Virus record (IMG/VR): IMGVR_UViG_3300042992_000919
Location: 1-63,656 of that record
Reading direction: 5' to 3' (one strand)
Source: a virus
Lineage: Duplodnaviria; Caudoviricetes
DNA length: 63,656 bases
This document shows, piece by piece, positions 1-7,623 of this stretch (position 1 is the first letter of the stretch; each line of letters begins with the position of its first letter). The notes under the pieces were generated by a model, which searched no databases, had not been told where the DNA came from, and was given only the letters and a program-made list of their open reading frames with translations. The position numbers were made by a program, and so were the translations under genes.

Positions 1-92
1 TCTAAATCTCCTGCTTTACCTGTTACTTGATAAGTAAACACTGTTTTACCTGATTGAGAACGGTAACTTCTTTTGAAACGCAATTTTAGCAT
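1..92 (-). CDS. Hypothetical early protein, 5' part only (runs off the window): MLKLRFKRSYRSQSGKTVFTYQVTGKAGDL...
   Basis: Hand translation; ATG at 92 lies about 30 nt downstream of the conserved motif at 123-143, as for neighbouring genes. Confidence 0.7.
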   Translation of the reverse strand, partial: MLKLRFKRSYRSQSGKTVFTYQVTGKAGDL

Positions 93-122
93 GGCTTTGT
101 TATTTAAATTATTATGTGAATT

Positions 123-143
123 ACAAGAGTTTTATTTGATTGT
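123..143 (-). promoter_or_regulatory. Conserved early-gene motif, copy 1 (minus strand ACAATCAAATAAAACTCTTGT); putative phage promoter
   Basis: One of five near-identical copies, each 17-30 nt upstream of a minus-strand ATG. Confidence 0.75.
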
Positions 144-195
144 TTTTGGAGTAGGAAAATAATTTAGTATTAATCAAGGGAATTCAAAGGCTTGA

Positions 196-230
196 TAAAA
201 ATAAAGGGAGAGCATTACACTCCCCCCTTA
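196..230 (-). terminator. Rho-independent terminator
   Basis: Minus strand GGGGGGAG-loop-CTCTCCCT followed by TTATTTTT, downstream of the 250..654 stop. Confidence 0.7.
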
Positions 231-249
231 TCCACTCTATGAAACAATC

Positions 250-654
250 TTAATGAGCCATAAGATATGCAGGAGCCAATTTATCTGCTTCTACATCTGC
301 AACACGGATTTCAATTTCACCACGTAAATTTATCCATTGGTAGTTTACCTTATAGATATTGGTGTAAGGATTGAATCCTACAATTAAACAAGGGCCCATT
401 TCTCTCATGATTGTGTCTGCTTTTTCCCTAGATTCTTCTGTGGAATAATCCCACATTCTTTCAGTGGAAATAGCATCTGTACCCATTGATAGTGTTTGAG
501 GATGTTGGTAATCAAATATCCCTTTTAACACAATACCGAGATTAGCACCTGAATTAATGATGGCATTAGCAATTGCTTTGTTTGACTTTTCTGCAATTAA
601 ATGTGCAATGAAGTCTGTGTCAAATGACACTACTGTTGAATTTTGTTTTTTCAT
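250..654 (-). CDS. Hypothetical early protein (134 aa)
   Basis: ORF flanked by the upstream motif (678-698) and a downstream terminator. Confidence 0.8.
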   Translation of the reverse strand: MKKQNSTVVSFDTDFIAHLIAEKSNKAIANAIINSGANLGIVLKGIFDYQHPQTLSMGTDAISTERMWDYSTEESREKADTIMREMGPCLIVGFNPYTNIYKVNYQWINLRGEIEIRVADVEADKLAPAYLMAH

Positions 655-677
655 AGTTTTTGTGTATTTAGACTATA

Positions 678-698
678 ACAAGAGTTTCATTTGATTGT
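678..698 (-). promoter_or_regulatory. Conserved early-gene motif, copy 2
   Basis: Plus strand ACAAGAGTTTCATTTGATTGT. Confidence 0.75.
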
Positions 699-740
699 AA
701 TTTGAGGAAGATTGTAACCCATTATAAAACAGTGGGATTT

Positions 741-766
741 AAAGGGGAAGTTAGACTCCCCCTTTT
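741..766 (-). terminator. Terminator-like hairpin
   Basis: AAAGGGGAAG/CTCCCCCTTT inverted repeat at the stop of 751..1044. Confidence 0.6.
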
Positions 767-1044
767 CTACACCTAAATTCATTCCACAGAAAACATACAT
801 ATTCACCACGTTTCTTTATGGTAAAACCATATTTATTAACGTTATGAACATTATAGCATCCTTCCCATTTATGGATATGAATTTTCATTCCTGGCAGGCA
901 AGGCTTTCTTTCCTTGATTAGCACACCATTTAGTATGTAGTACCAAGGTGAATATTTAGGTAATTCTTGTTCTATTATATAATCAATAGTTTCCATAAGC
1001 AAAAAATTAAGCGGGCTATTACACCCGCTAATTGTTATTTGCAT
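751..1044 (-). CDS. Hypothetical early protein (97 aa)
   Basis: ORF overlapping the end of the upstream gene by 10 nt (operon-like). Confidence 0.6.
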   Translation of the reverse strand: MQITISGCNSPLNFLLMETIDYIIEQELPKYSPWYYILNGVLIKERKPCLPGMKIHIHKWEGCYNVHNVNKYGFTIKKRGEYVCFLWNEFRCRKGGV

Positions 1045-1310
1045 TGCTCAAGGATTTTGATTGATTTCTCTATATCCCGTAATGCAACTGCCCTTAATCT
1101 TGATTTGCCAAAGTTGATAACATTAGATAAATGGAAAGAGCCAGCATAATAATAGTATGTTTTGCCTTTATATTCTGTCTTCCATTTGTCAAGCCAATAA
1201 GTATATCGGCCTATTTCTCTTTCAAAGTTTGGCATTTCCTCTGCAAAACGCAGTTTGAAAATTGCTGATTGTCCTTGCATGGATACACCATGCTTCATTG
1301 TTTTGTACAT
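1035..1310 (-). CDS. Hypothetical early protein (91 aa)
   Basis: ORF preceded by an ATCCACTCTT leader and motif copy 3. Confidence 0.75.
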   Translation of the reverse strand: MYKTMKHGVSMQGQSAIFKLRFAEEMPNFEREIGRYTYWLDKWKTEYKGKTYYYYAGSFHLSNVINFGKSRLRAVALRDIEKSIKILEQCK

Positions 1311-1337
1311 AAGAGTGGATTTTGAATTATTAAGATT

Positions 1338-1358
1338 ACAAGAGTTTCATTTAATTGT
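1338..1358 (-). promoter_or_regulatory. Conserved early-gene motif, copy 3
   Basis: Plus strand ACAAGAGTTTCATTTAATTGT. Confidence 0.75.
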
Positions 1359-1364
1359 ACTTGG

Positions 1365-1392
1365 AAAATGGGAGACTATTCATCCCCCATTT
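1365..1392 (-). terminator. Terminator-like hairpin
   Basis: Minus strand AAATGGGGGA...TCTCCCATTTT spanning the stop of 1376..1552. Confidence 0.55.
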
Positions 1393-1552
1393 CTTCATCA
1401 TACTCAAACTTGCCTGTAATAACAAAGTTCTTTACTTCCTCTTTGTAAGAGTATTCAATTACTTTATCATTAACTAATACGTGATAGGTGGCCCTACCAT
1501 CCACATCCCCTGCTGGTATTAACAGGAGAGTGGAAGTAATAAGTGAATACAT
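1376..1552 (-). CDS. Small hypothetical protein (58 aa, MYSLITSTLLLIPAGDVDGRATYHVLVNDKVIEYSYKEEVKNFVITGKFEYDEEMGDE), not in the ORF track
   Basis: Hand translation; TGATG stop/start coupling with 1552..1806. Confidence 0.75.
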   Translation of the reverse strand: MYSLITSTLLLIPAGDVDGRATYHVLVNDKVIEYSYKEEVKNFVITGKFEYDEEMGDE

Positions 1553-1806
1553 CAATCAACATCATATGGTATAGACTCTGGTCTTTCAAAGTATCTCCAC
1601 CAAAACTCTTGGTCTTCCTCTGATAGCATTTCAAATTCCTCTTTAAACCTAGCTTCCGCTATTATAAGTTTATCATTGATCATATCTCTATAATCATAGA
1701 TATCCTGGTTATTATCTGGAACAGGATCAAACCATAGTCTGGTCAATTTGTCTAGCTCTTCCTGTATATATACAAGATTCGCAAATTTGGGGTTTGTTTG
1801 TAACAT
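1552..1806 (-). CDS. Acidic hypothetical early protein (84 aa)
   Basis: ORF with ATCCACT leader and motif copy 4 upstream. Confidence 0.8.
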   Translation of the reverse strand: MLQTNPKFANLVYIQEELDKLTRLWFDPVPDNNQDIYDYRDMINDKLIIAEARFKEEFEMLSEEDQEFWWRYFERPESIPYDVD

Positions 1807-1823
1807 AGTGGATTATTTAGAAT

Positions 1824-1844
1824 ACAAGAGTTTTATTTTATTGT
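1824..1844 (-). promoter_or_regulatory. Conserved early-gene motif, copy 4
   Basis: Plus strand ACAAGAGTTTTATTTTATTGT. Confidence 0.75.
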
Positions 1845-1851
1845 TTGTAAG

Positions 1852-1888
1852 AGTGAACAAGGCTGGGAAACCCCAACACTTGTCCACT
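1852..1888 (-). terminator. Stem-loop between early cassettes
   Basis: AGTGAACAAG...CTTGTCCACT imperfect inverted repeat just after the 1895 stop; weak U-tract. Confidence 0.45.
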
Positions 1889-1894
1889 TGCTTT

Positions 1895-2095
1895 TTAGAA
1901 GTCTGACTCATCAATTGCTTGACCTAATAGAAATCCCCCAGCTAGAGATAGCATACCTCCAAGGAATAACATTGCTGGGAACTGTGCTACCTCCTTATAG
2001 GATAGACAGAATACCAAGGCTATAAGAGAAGAGAACAGAGCATAGGCTAGTGTTGTACCAAACACCACACCCAAGAAACTTAAAACATTTTTCAT
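1895..2095 (-). CDS. Small membrane protein with two predicted TM segments (66 aa, start corrected to MKNVLSFLG)
   Basis: Two hydrophobic stretches; ATG at 2095 has the ATCCACT leader, and motif copy 5 lies inside the longer track ORF. Confidence 0.75.
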   Translation of the reverse strand: MKNVLSFLGVVFGTTLAYALFSSLIALVFCLSYKEVAQFPAMLFLGGMLSLAGGFLLGQAIDESDF

Positions 2096-2112
2096 AGTGG
2101 ATTGAAATACAT

Positions 2113-2133
2113 ACAAGAGTTTTATTTGATAGT
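2113..2133 (-). promoter_or_regulatory. Conserved early-gene motif, copy 5
   Basis: Plus strand ACAAGAGTTTTATTTGATAGT. Confidence 0.75.
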
Positions 2134-2358
2134 CCATCACATAGATAGATAGATATTCTCTCTCAAAATATTTTTCTCATTCTAGATTACCTAATAGGTG
2201 ATATGCACTCTGTCAAGTGATAGGGGGTACACCAGTGGAGTGAGTTAGGCCGGGGGTCGTTTGGTATATCACCACTAACATTCTCTTCTATAGTTGAATT
2301 TTTATATGGAAAAAAATTATGTTTATCAACACGGATGTTTATAAGATGTTATCCGAAA

Positions 2359-2389
2359 TTTGTTTGTTATTATATTATTCCTAACTTTG
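2359..2389 (+). promoter_or_regulatory. Bacteroidota primary-sigma-type promoter (-33 TTTG, -7 TAACTTTG)
   Basis: TTTG at 2359-2362, 19-nt spacer, TAnnTTTG at 2382-2389, ATG at 2394. Confidence 0.65.
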
Positions 2390-2393
2390 TGAT

Positions 2394-2570
2394 ATGGATA
2401 ATAAACTACTACTTGTTAAAGCTTATATGGCTTGGGAGAAAGTTGGATTTGCTCCCGGTCCTGAGAAAGATGAATATGATAGACTATCTAAGTTAGATAT
2501 TCAGGATAATATTGTTGTTTCCCCATCGTGTAATTTAGATGATGAGGATTGTCTTAGTTGTGGAAGTTGA
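2394..2570 (+). CDS. Small protein (58 aa) ending CNLDDEDCLSCGS, not in the ORF track
   Basis: Hand translation; follows the promoter and ends 1 nt before the next ATG. Confidence 0.75.
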   Translation: MDNKLLLVKAYMAWEKVGFAPGPEKDEYDRLSKLDIQDNIVVSPSCNLDDEDCLSCGS

Positions 2571-2571
2571 T

Positions 2572-2736
2572 ATGAACGATAACACTGTTAGGCAACAATT
2601 AAATATTTATTTAGCCCAAGGAAAAATCAATTTCTACCAACTTCAATCCCTCATTAGGGAAGTCGAACAAAATAAATTAATGAAAGATCTCTCCAACCAA
2701 GAGAGAGATTTGATATTACAAACAATTAATAAATAA
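2572..2736 (+). CDS. Hypothetical helical protein (54 aa; start corrected to MNDNTVRQ)
   Basis: Tight packing between 2570 and 2740. Confidence 0.6.
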   Translation: MNDNTVRQQLNIYLAQGKINFYQLQSLIREVEQNKLMKDLSNQERDLILQTINK

Positions 2737-2739
2737 CAC

Positions 2740-3030
2740 ATGTGTAAATTTGAACCAATTCCTACAGGAATTATTGTTGAACTTGTTGAGGTGGAAGAAA
2801 CCTCTTCTGGAATTATTCTACCTGATGGTAGAAAAGCCTCGGATCTTGATGATTATAAAGGTGAGATTATCCTTAAAGTGGGAAGTGATGTACAGAGATT
2901 TAAAGAAGGAGATAGAGTGTATTTCTTTCCTTATGCTCAACCCTCTCTTATTAAAGATATGGATGCTAATGGTAAAGTGGTTACCTATATGTTTTTCAGG
3001 GAATCTGATATCATGGCAAAAGTTATTTAA
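2740..3030 (+). CDS. groES: Co-chaperonin GroES/Cpn10-like protein
   Basis: Mobile loop ETSSGIILP, KVG...FKEGDRV and FRESDIMA match the Cpn10 pattern; 96 aa. Confidence 0.85.
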   Translation: MCKFEPIPTGIIVELVEVEETSSGIILPDGRKASDLDDYKGEIILKVGSDVQRFKEGDRVYFFPYAQPSLIKDMDANGKVVTYMFFRESDIMAKVI

Positions 3031-3057
3031 TAATCGGAATCTGTCATATTTTTAAAT

Positions 3058-3087
3058 AAAGCCTATAGTTTTCTATGGGCTTTTTTT
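3058..3087 (+). terminator. Rho-independent terminator
   Basis: GCCTATAG-TTTT-CTATGGGC plus T7. Confidence 0.85.
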
Positions 3088-3136
3088 GTATATTGTTTCT
3101 ATAATAGAATTACTAACTATAATAAAAATAAAAGAG

Positions 3137-3367
3137 ATGCAAGGAATTAATATTTTTAATTTTAAGAAGTATTTTAAACGTAGTGGTGATAATCAAAATG
3201 CTAGAATTGGTCATGTAAATAGTTTGCTGCCCTTAGTAATTGAAGATTCACCTAATACTTTAGGATTAGTGCCAGCATTTATTGGACAAATTGCAGTTCA
3301 ACCAAATAATAGTAGAGTATGGGTTGCATATAATGCCACTAGTTGGACTTACATTATACTTGATTAA
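3137..3367 (+). CDS. Small virion fibre/decoration-like protein (76 aa; start MQGINIFNF)
   Basis: N-terminal KKYF...ARIGHVNSL motif shared with the next two genes; the track's TTG start lies inside the terminator. Confidence 0.65.
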   Translation: MQGINIFNFKKYFKRSGDNQNARIGHVNSLLPLVIEDSPNTLGLVPAFIGQIAVQPNNSRVWVAYNATSWTYIILD

Positions 3368-3369
3368 TT

Positions 3370-4287
3370 ATGTTAAAAAAATTTTTACCAGAAACACCAG
3401 ATAAATTTCTTAATACATCCACTGATTTACCATTAGCAAGATTTGGACATATTAATCAGCTTGTAAATGCTATTAATAATTTAGAAGAGTCTTCTGGTGG
3501 TGGAACTATTCAATCAATAGTTGAAGGAGATAACATTTCTATTGACAATACAGATCCCGCAAATCCAATTATATCAGCAGATATATCAGAGGTAACTGGA
3601 TTTGTACGCACTATTTCTGGGGATAGTATTATCTCAGTAGATGACACTGATCCAGAAAATATTACTTTAAGTGCAACAGTTACAGGATTTATTTCTAGTA
3701 TTTTTAGCAAAGATAATACAATTTCAGTGGATGATACTGATCCTGAAAATCTAGATTTATCAGTGACAGGATTTATTCCGTTAACTGGAACAGGAAGTGA
3801 ATCTATCACTGGAGATATTGAAATGAATGGTACTGCTAGTATTAAAAGCGAAGGGAGTTTGACTAATAATTCACTTCGAGTGGGTACTGCAAATAATATT
3901 TTAAAAACAGTGGAAAAAAGTGGAACAACATCTTCTGAATTTATCACTACATTTAGTGCTATTGAAGGTGGAAAATGTTTAATGCAAGCCACTGATAGTG
4001 CTAGTAATACAACTTTAGTTTCAGTGAGAGCATCCGCTTCAAGTCATTCAATTGAAGTGGATAGTGAAAAATCAACTTTTCAAGGTATTGAATATGCACA
4101 AGATTTTTCTGGAAAATATTCTAGTAATAGTTTAATTGCTAGAAAAGATGCTCCTGCTATTTTTGTAGATTCAAGATCTCCTTCAGTTGGAGCAAATAAA
4201 ATTGGAGATATATATATAGATACAAATGCAATTGCTATTTATATAGCAGTGGGAATAACATTATCAGACTGGAAACAAATATTTTAA
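3370..4287 (+). CDS. Fibre-like structural protein with three ISxDxTDPxN repeats
   Basis: Repeats ISIDNTDPAN, ISVDDTDPEN x2; C-terminal IGDIYID fibre motif. Confidence 0.7.
   Translation: MLKKFLPETPDKFLNTSTDLPLARFGHINQLVNAINNLEESSGGGTIQSIVEGDNISIDNTDPANPIISADISEVTGFVRTISGDSIISVDDTDPENITLSATVTGFISSIFSKDNTISVDDTDPENLDLSVTGFIPLTGTGSESITGDIEMNGTASIKSEGSLTNNSLRVGTANNILKTVEKSGTTSSEFITTFSAIEGGKCLMQATDSASNTTLVSVRASASSHSIEVDSEKSTFQGIEYAQDFSGKYSSNSLIARKDAPAIFVDSRSPSVGANKIGDIYIDTNAIAIYIAVGITLSDWKQIF
3535..3775 (+). repeat. Three ~90-96 bp intragenic tandem repeats
   Basis: atttctattgacaatacagatcc / atctcagtagatgacactgatcc / atttcagtggatgatactgatcc. Confidence 0.75.
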
Positions 4288-4353
4288 TATTCTATAATAT
4301 CATTATATTATATAGTATAGGTCTTTAAAAAATAAATTTAACATTTAAAATAT

Positions 4354-6219
4354 ATGTCACTATTAAAAAAATTTTATCCAAGATCTCCACAACCATTTAT
4401 TGGAACATCCTTAGGAGACAATTATATTGCAAAACTTGCTGATCTTAATCGTTTGATTGATGAAATTGAGGAATTGTATGCTAATACACCTCCTGGTTCC
4501 GGATTGTCAAGTGTAGCGGTAAGTGCTCCATTAGCTGGAACTGGAACTATTGGAGATCCATTAACATTAAATGGAAGTGTTGCCGGCACTAATTTTAATG
4601 TGGCAGTATCTGGTAGTGGTATTACAATTGGAAAAAATTCAGGAACTTTTTCTGGTGGTACACAAACTATTACTACAAATGACACTTTAAAAATTTTAGT
4701 ACAGAATGTACCAAATGGTTTGAATTGGGAAGGTGAACACAGTACTTCCACTGCATATGGTTTAAATGATGTAGTATATAAAACTATTGGTGGAATTTAT
4801 TACACATATTGGTGTCTTAATCCATCAGGTGTTCCAATAGGACAAGGTTTACCAGCACTTCCAGCAGTAGCTAATACATTTTGGGCACAATTAGGTCTTC
4901 AAGGACCAGCTGGAACTGCTGGAGCCACTTGGACTGGTGGAGCTACAGTACCTTCATCTGGTACTGGAAATGTTAATGATTTTCATTTAATAACTAGCGG
5001 TGTAAATACAGGAGATATTTATAAGAAAACTGGTGCAGGATGGGGTACAGCATTATTTAACACTAAAGGTGCTACCGGATCAAATGGAGCTAATGGTGCT
5101 GCATGGTATTCTGGTGTAGGAGTTCCAACTGGTGGGTTAGGAGTTATTGATGATTATTATCTTAAATCAGATGATGGAATTGTTTATAAAAAGACTGGAG
5201 CAACTACATGGGCATCTCAATTATTTAGTTTAAAAGGTGCAGCAGGTGCTGCTTCAACTGTTCCTGGACCTACAGGTGGTGCTGGTCCTAAAGGTGACAC
5301 AAATACTATTGTAAAATTATATATAAGAACTGTTACAAATGGAACACCATCTGTTGCTACATCAGGTATTACATCATACACTTTTGCAACAGGTGCAGTA
5401 AGTAGTCAACCTAGTGGTTGGTCAAATTCAATTCCCACTAGTCCTGCTACAAGTAAATATATTTGGGAAATTCAAGCAGTGGCTAATGCTACTGGTACAG
5501 TAGCTTCAATTCCTAATACCGGATGGTCATCACCATCATTACTTGCTCAACCAGGAGATCAAGGTAATAACGGTACTGCTGCAGGATTTGGAACACCAAC
5601 AGCATCTGCATTACCATCAGGTAGTACTCCCACTGTTACAGCATCAGGTCCAGATACAGCTAGAGTATTTGCATTTGGTATTCCAGCTGGAGCTGCTGGA
5701 GCAGCAGGTCCTAGTGGTAAAACAGTGTTAAATGGAACAGCAGTTCCAACTAGTGGAACAGGTGCTGAAGGAGATTTTTATATTAAAACAGACACTAATC
5801 AAATTTATGGACCTAAATCAGCTTTAGGATCATGGGGTTCACCAACAAATCTTGTAGGTCCTGCAGGTGTTGCTAAAACAGTGATTGCATTTACTGTTGA
5901 TGGTTACGGTGCTCCTATTACATTACCAACTACTAAAACTGTATTTAGTGTAACATTACCTTATACAGGTGGTGTTGTGTATGATTCACTTACGGTTACA
6001 AGTGATGTCAATGGTGGTGGTGTTGGTGTTGCTACTTTAACTGTTAGTGGTGGTGGTGGCACTAATTTTACTGCAACATTAAATAACACTACAACAGCAG
6101 CTATAACTGGTGGTCCTAAAACATTTACAGCTGGTCAAACAATAACTTTTACATTATCTACTACAGTATCTATGCAAGCTACTTACTTATACGTATCACT
6201 ATCTGGAACTAGATCATGA
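4354..6219 (+). CDS. Gly/Thr-rich fibre protein with short collagen-like segments
   Basis: Three G-x-x-P-x-x-G-x-G-x-x-x-D-F/Y modules separated by GXY runs. Confidence 0.75.
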   Translation: MSLLKKFYPRSPQPFIGTSLGDNYIAKLADLNRLIDEIEELYANTPPGSGLSSVAVSAPLAGTGTIGDPLTLNGSVAGTNFNVAVSGSGITIGKNSGTFSGGTQTITTNDTLKILVQNVPNGLNWEGEHSTSTAYGLNDVVYKTIGGIYYTYWCLNPSGVPIGQGLPALPAVANTFWAQLGLQGPAGTAGATWTGGATVPSSGTGNVNDFHLITSGVNTGDIYKKTGAGWGTALFNTKGATGSNGANGAAWYSGVGVPTGGLGVIDDYYLKSDDGIVYKKTGATTWASQLFSLKGAAGAASTVPGPTGGAGPKGDTNTIVKLYIRTVTNGTPSVATSGITSYTFATGAVSSQPSGWSNSIPTSPATSKYIWEIQAVANATGTVASIPNTGWSSPSLLAQPGDQGNNGTAAGFGTPTASALPSGSTPTVTASGPDTARVFAFGIPAGAAGAAGPSGKTVLNGTAVPTSGTGAEGDFYIKTDTNQIYGPKSALGSWGSPTNLVGPAGVAKTVIAFTVDGYGAPITLPTTKTVFSVTLPYTGGVVYDSLTVTSDVNGGGVGVATLTVSGGGGTNFTATLNNTTTAAITGGPKTFTAGQTITFTLSTTVSMQATYLYVSLSGTRS

Positions 6220-7286
6220 TAATAATACCTGGGATATATAATGCTCAAACTCACATCCCTGGAGGAAGTGTTCAAGGGCAAACTATATCCGTAGGTGCTA
6301 TATTAAAAGTAACTGAAAGAGATAGAAGACCATATCCAACAGATCCTGGAATACCAAGTGAGATCTGGATTGATAATAGTTCAGCTGTTGGATATATATG
6401 TAAAGAAGTGGGTCCTAATGGAACCGTATGGGATAGACTTGATGTATTAGGTGATTATATAGCATTTGGTGACAGTAACCCTGGATCAAATGCTGATATA
6501 ACTTGGGGATATAGACCAGGATCATTAAGATATGCAAGAAATACACAAACTCTTTGGATATGTACTGATAATGCTCAAGGTGCAGCAGCATGGACCCAAT
6601 TAGGTTCTGGTGGATCTGGAATAACACTTAAAACAAATAATACTAATAATCCTAACCAATCAGTATTAAATCTTGTACAAGGTACTAGTATGACTATCAC
6701 TGATGATGGTCTTGGTAATATTACATTTGATGCTACAGGAGGAAGTGGTGGAACTTATACAGCAGATAATGGTATTACTGAAAATCCTGCAAATAACTTT
6801 CAATTAGGAGGTCCATTAACTAAACATACTACAATTAATGGTGCTGGATATACTTATGATTTATTTTTTACAAATCTAAGATTATTTAGAGTTAATTCAT
6901 TAGGTAAAAGTTGGATTCAAAATACTACATTTCCGGGTGTTGTTAATAGTGTAATTATAGATAGTCAATTTACAAGTATAACAGCTGAAGTTAACAGTAA
7001 TGCTTATAGAGCATCTGTTAGTACTGATGGAGATAGCACATCTGGTTCAGAGTTAGTAAGAATGCAATCATTTATCACTTATCCTGGAGGTACTATTGGT
7101 TTTGGTGCTTATAAAATTGAACCTGCAGCAGCATTTTTACAAATTAGAACTCCTAATGTAAATGCTAGTATAGCAACAGTAGGTCAAGTATTAGCATTAG
7201 CAAATGTTAATGGTGAAGTAGAATTTATAAATGCTTCAACAACAACAGGTGATTCTATATCACCATTCTTATTAATGGGAGGATAA
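6216..7286 (+). CDS. Fibre/structural protein
   Basis: ATGA overlap; LWICTD...AAAW fibre motif; C-terminus SPFLLMGG. Confidence 0.65.
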   Translation: MIIIPGIYNAQTHIPGGSVQGQTISVGAILKVTERDRRPYPTDPGIPSEIWIDNSSAVGYICKEVGPNGTVWDRLDVLGDYIAFGDSNPGSNADITWGYRPGSLRYARNTQTLWICTDNAQGAAAWTQLGSGGSGITLKTNNTNNPNQSVLNLVQGTSMTITDDGLGNITFDATGGSGGTYTADNGITENPANNFQLGGPLTKHTTINGAGYTYDLFFTNLRLFRVNSLGKSWIQNTTFPGVVNSVIIDSQFTSITAEVNSNAYRASVSTDGDSTSGSELVRMQSFITYPGGTIGFGAYKIEPAAAFLQIRTPNVNASIATVGQVLALANVNGEVEFINASTTTGDSISPFLLMGG

Positions 7287-7289
7287 AAT

Positions 7290-7622
7290 ATGGCAACAGT
7301 TTACAAAGTATTAGGACAAAAAATTCCAACAGCATCATCAACAGAAACAGAATTATACGCAGTACCTTCTGCTACATCAGCAATAGGAAGTTCTATAATC
7401 ATAGCTAATAGAGGAACATCTGTAGCTACGTTTAGGATTAGTATTGCAGTAAATAATGCAGCAACAACAGCAAAAGACTATATTTACTATGATTTACCGA
7501 TTGGTGCTAATGATACGTTCATAGCAACGATAGGTATTACATTAGGTTTTAATGATAGAGTAAGGGTTTATGCATCAAACACAAATCTTAGCTTCTCATT
7601 ATACGGATCAGAAATAACATAA
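7290..7622 (+). CDS. Small beta-rich structural protein (MATVYKVLGQ type)
   Basis: 110-aa ORF tightly packed in the fibre cluster; resembles a common aquatic-phage virion protein family (from recollection). Confidence 0.6.
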   Translation: MATVYKVLGQKIPTASSTETELYAVPSATSAIGSSIIIANRGTSVATFRISIAVNNAATTAKDYIYYDLPIGANDTFIATIGITLGFNDRVRVYASNTNLSFSLYGSEIT

Positions 7623-7623
7623 C

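Noticed and set aside
967-1149. Plus-strand 60-aa ORF in the early region
   Set aside because: Antisense to two minus-strand genes that have promoter and terminator support
123-2133. CRISPR array or integron attC cassettes
   Set aside because: Spacing is 289-660 bp and irregular, the intervals contain intact genes, and no cas operon or integrase is present; the position upstream of ATGs fits a promoter
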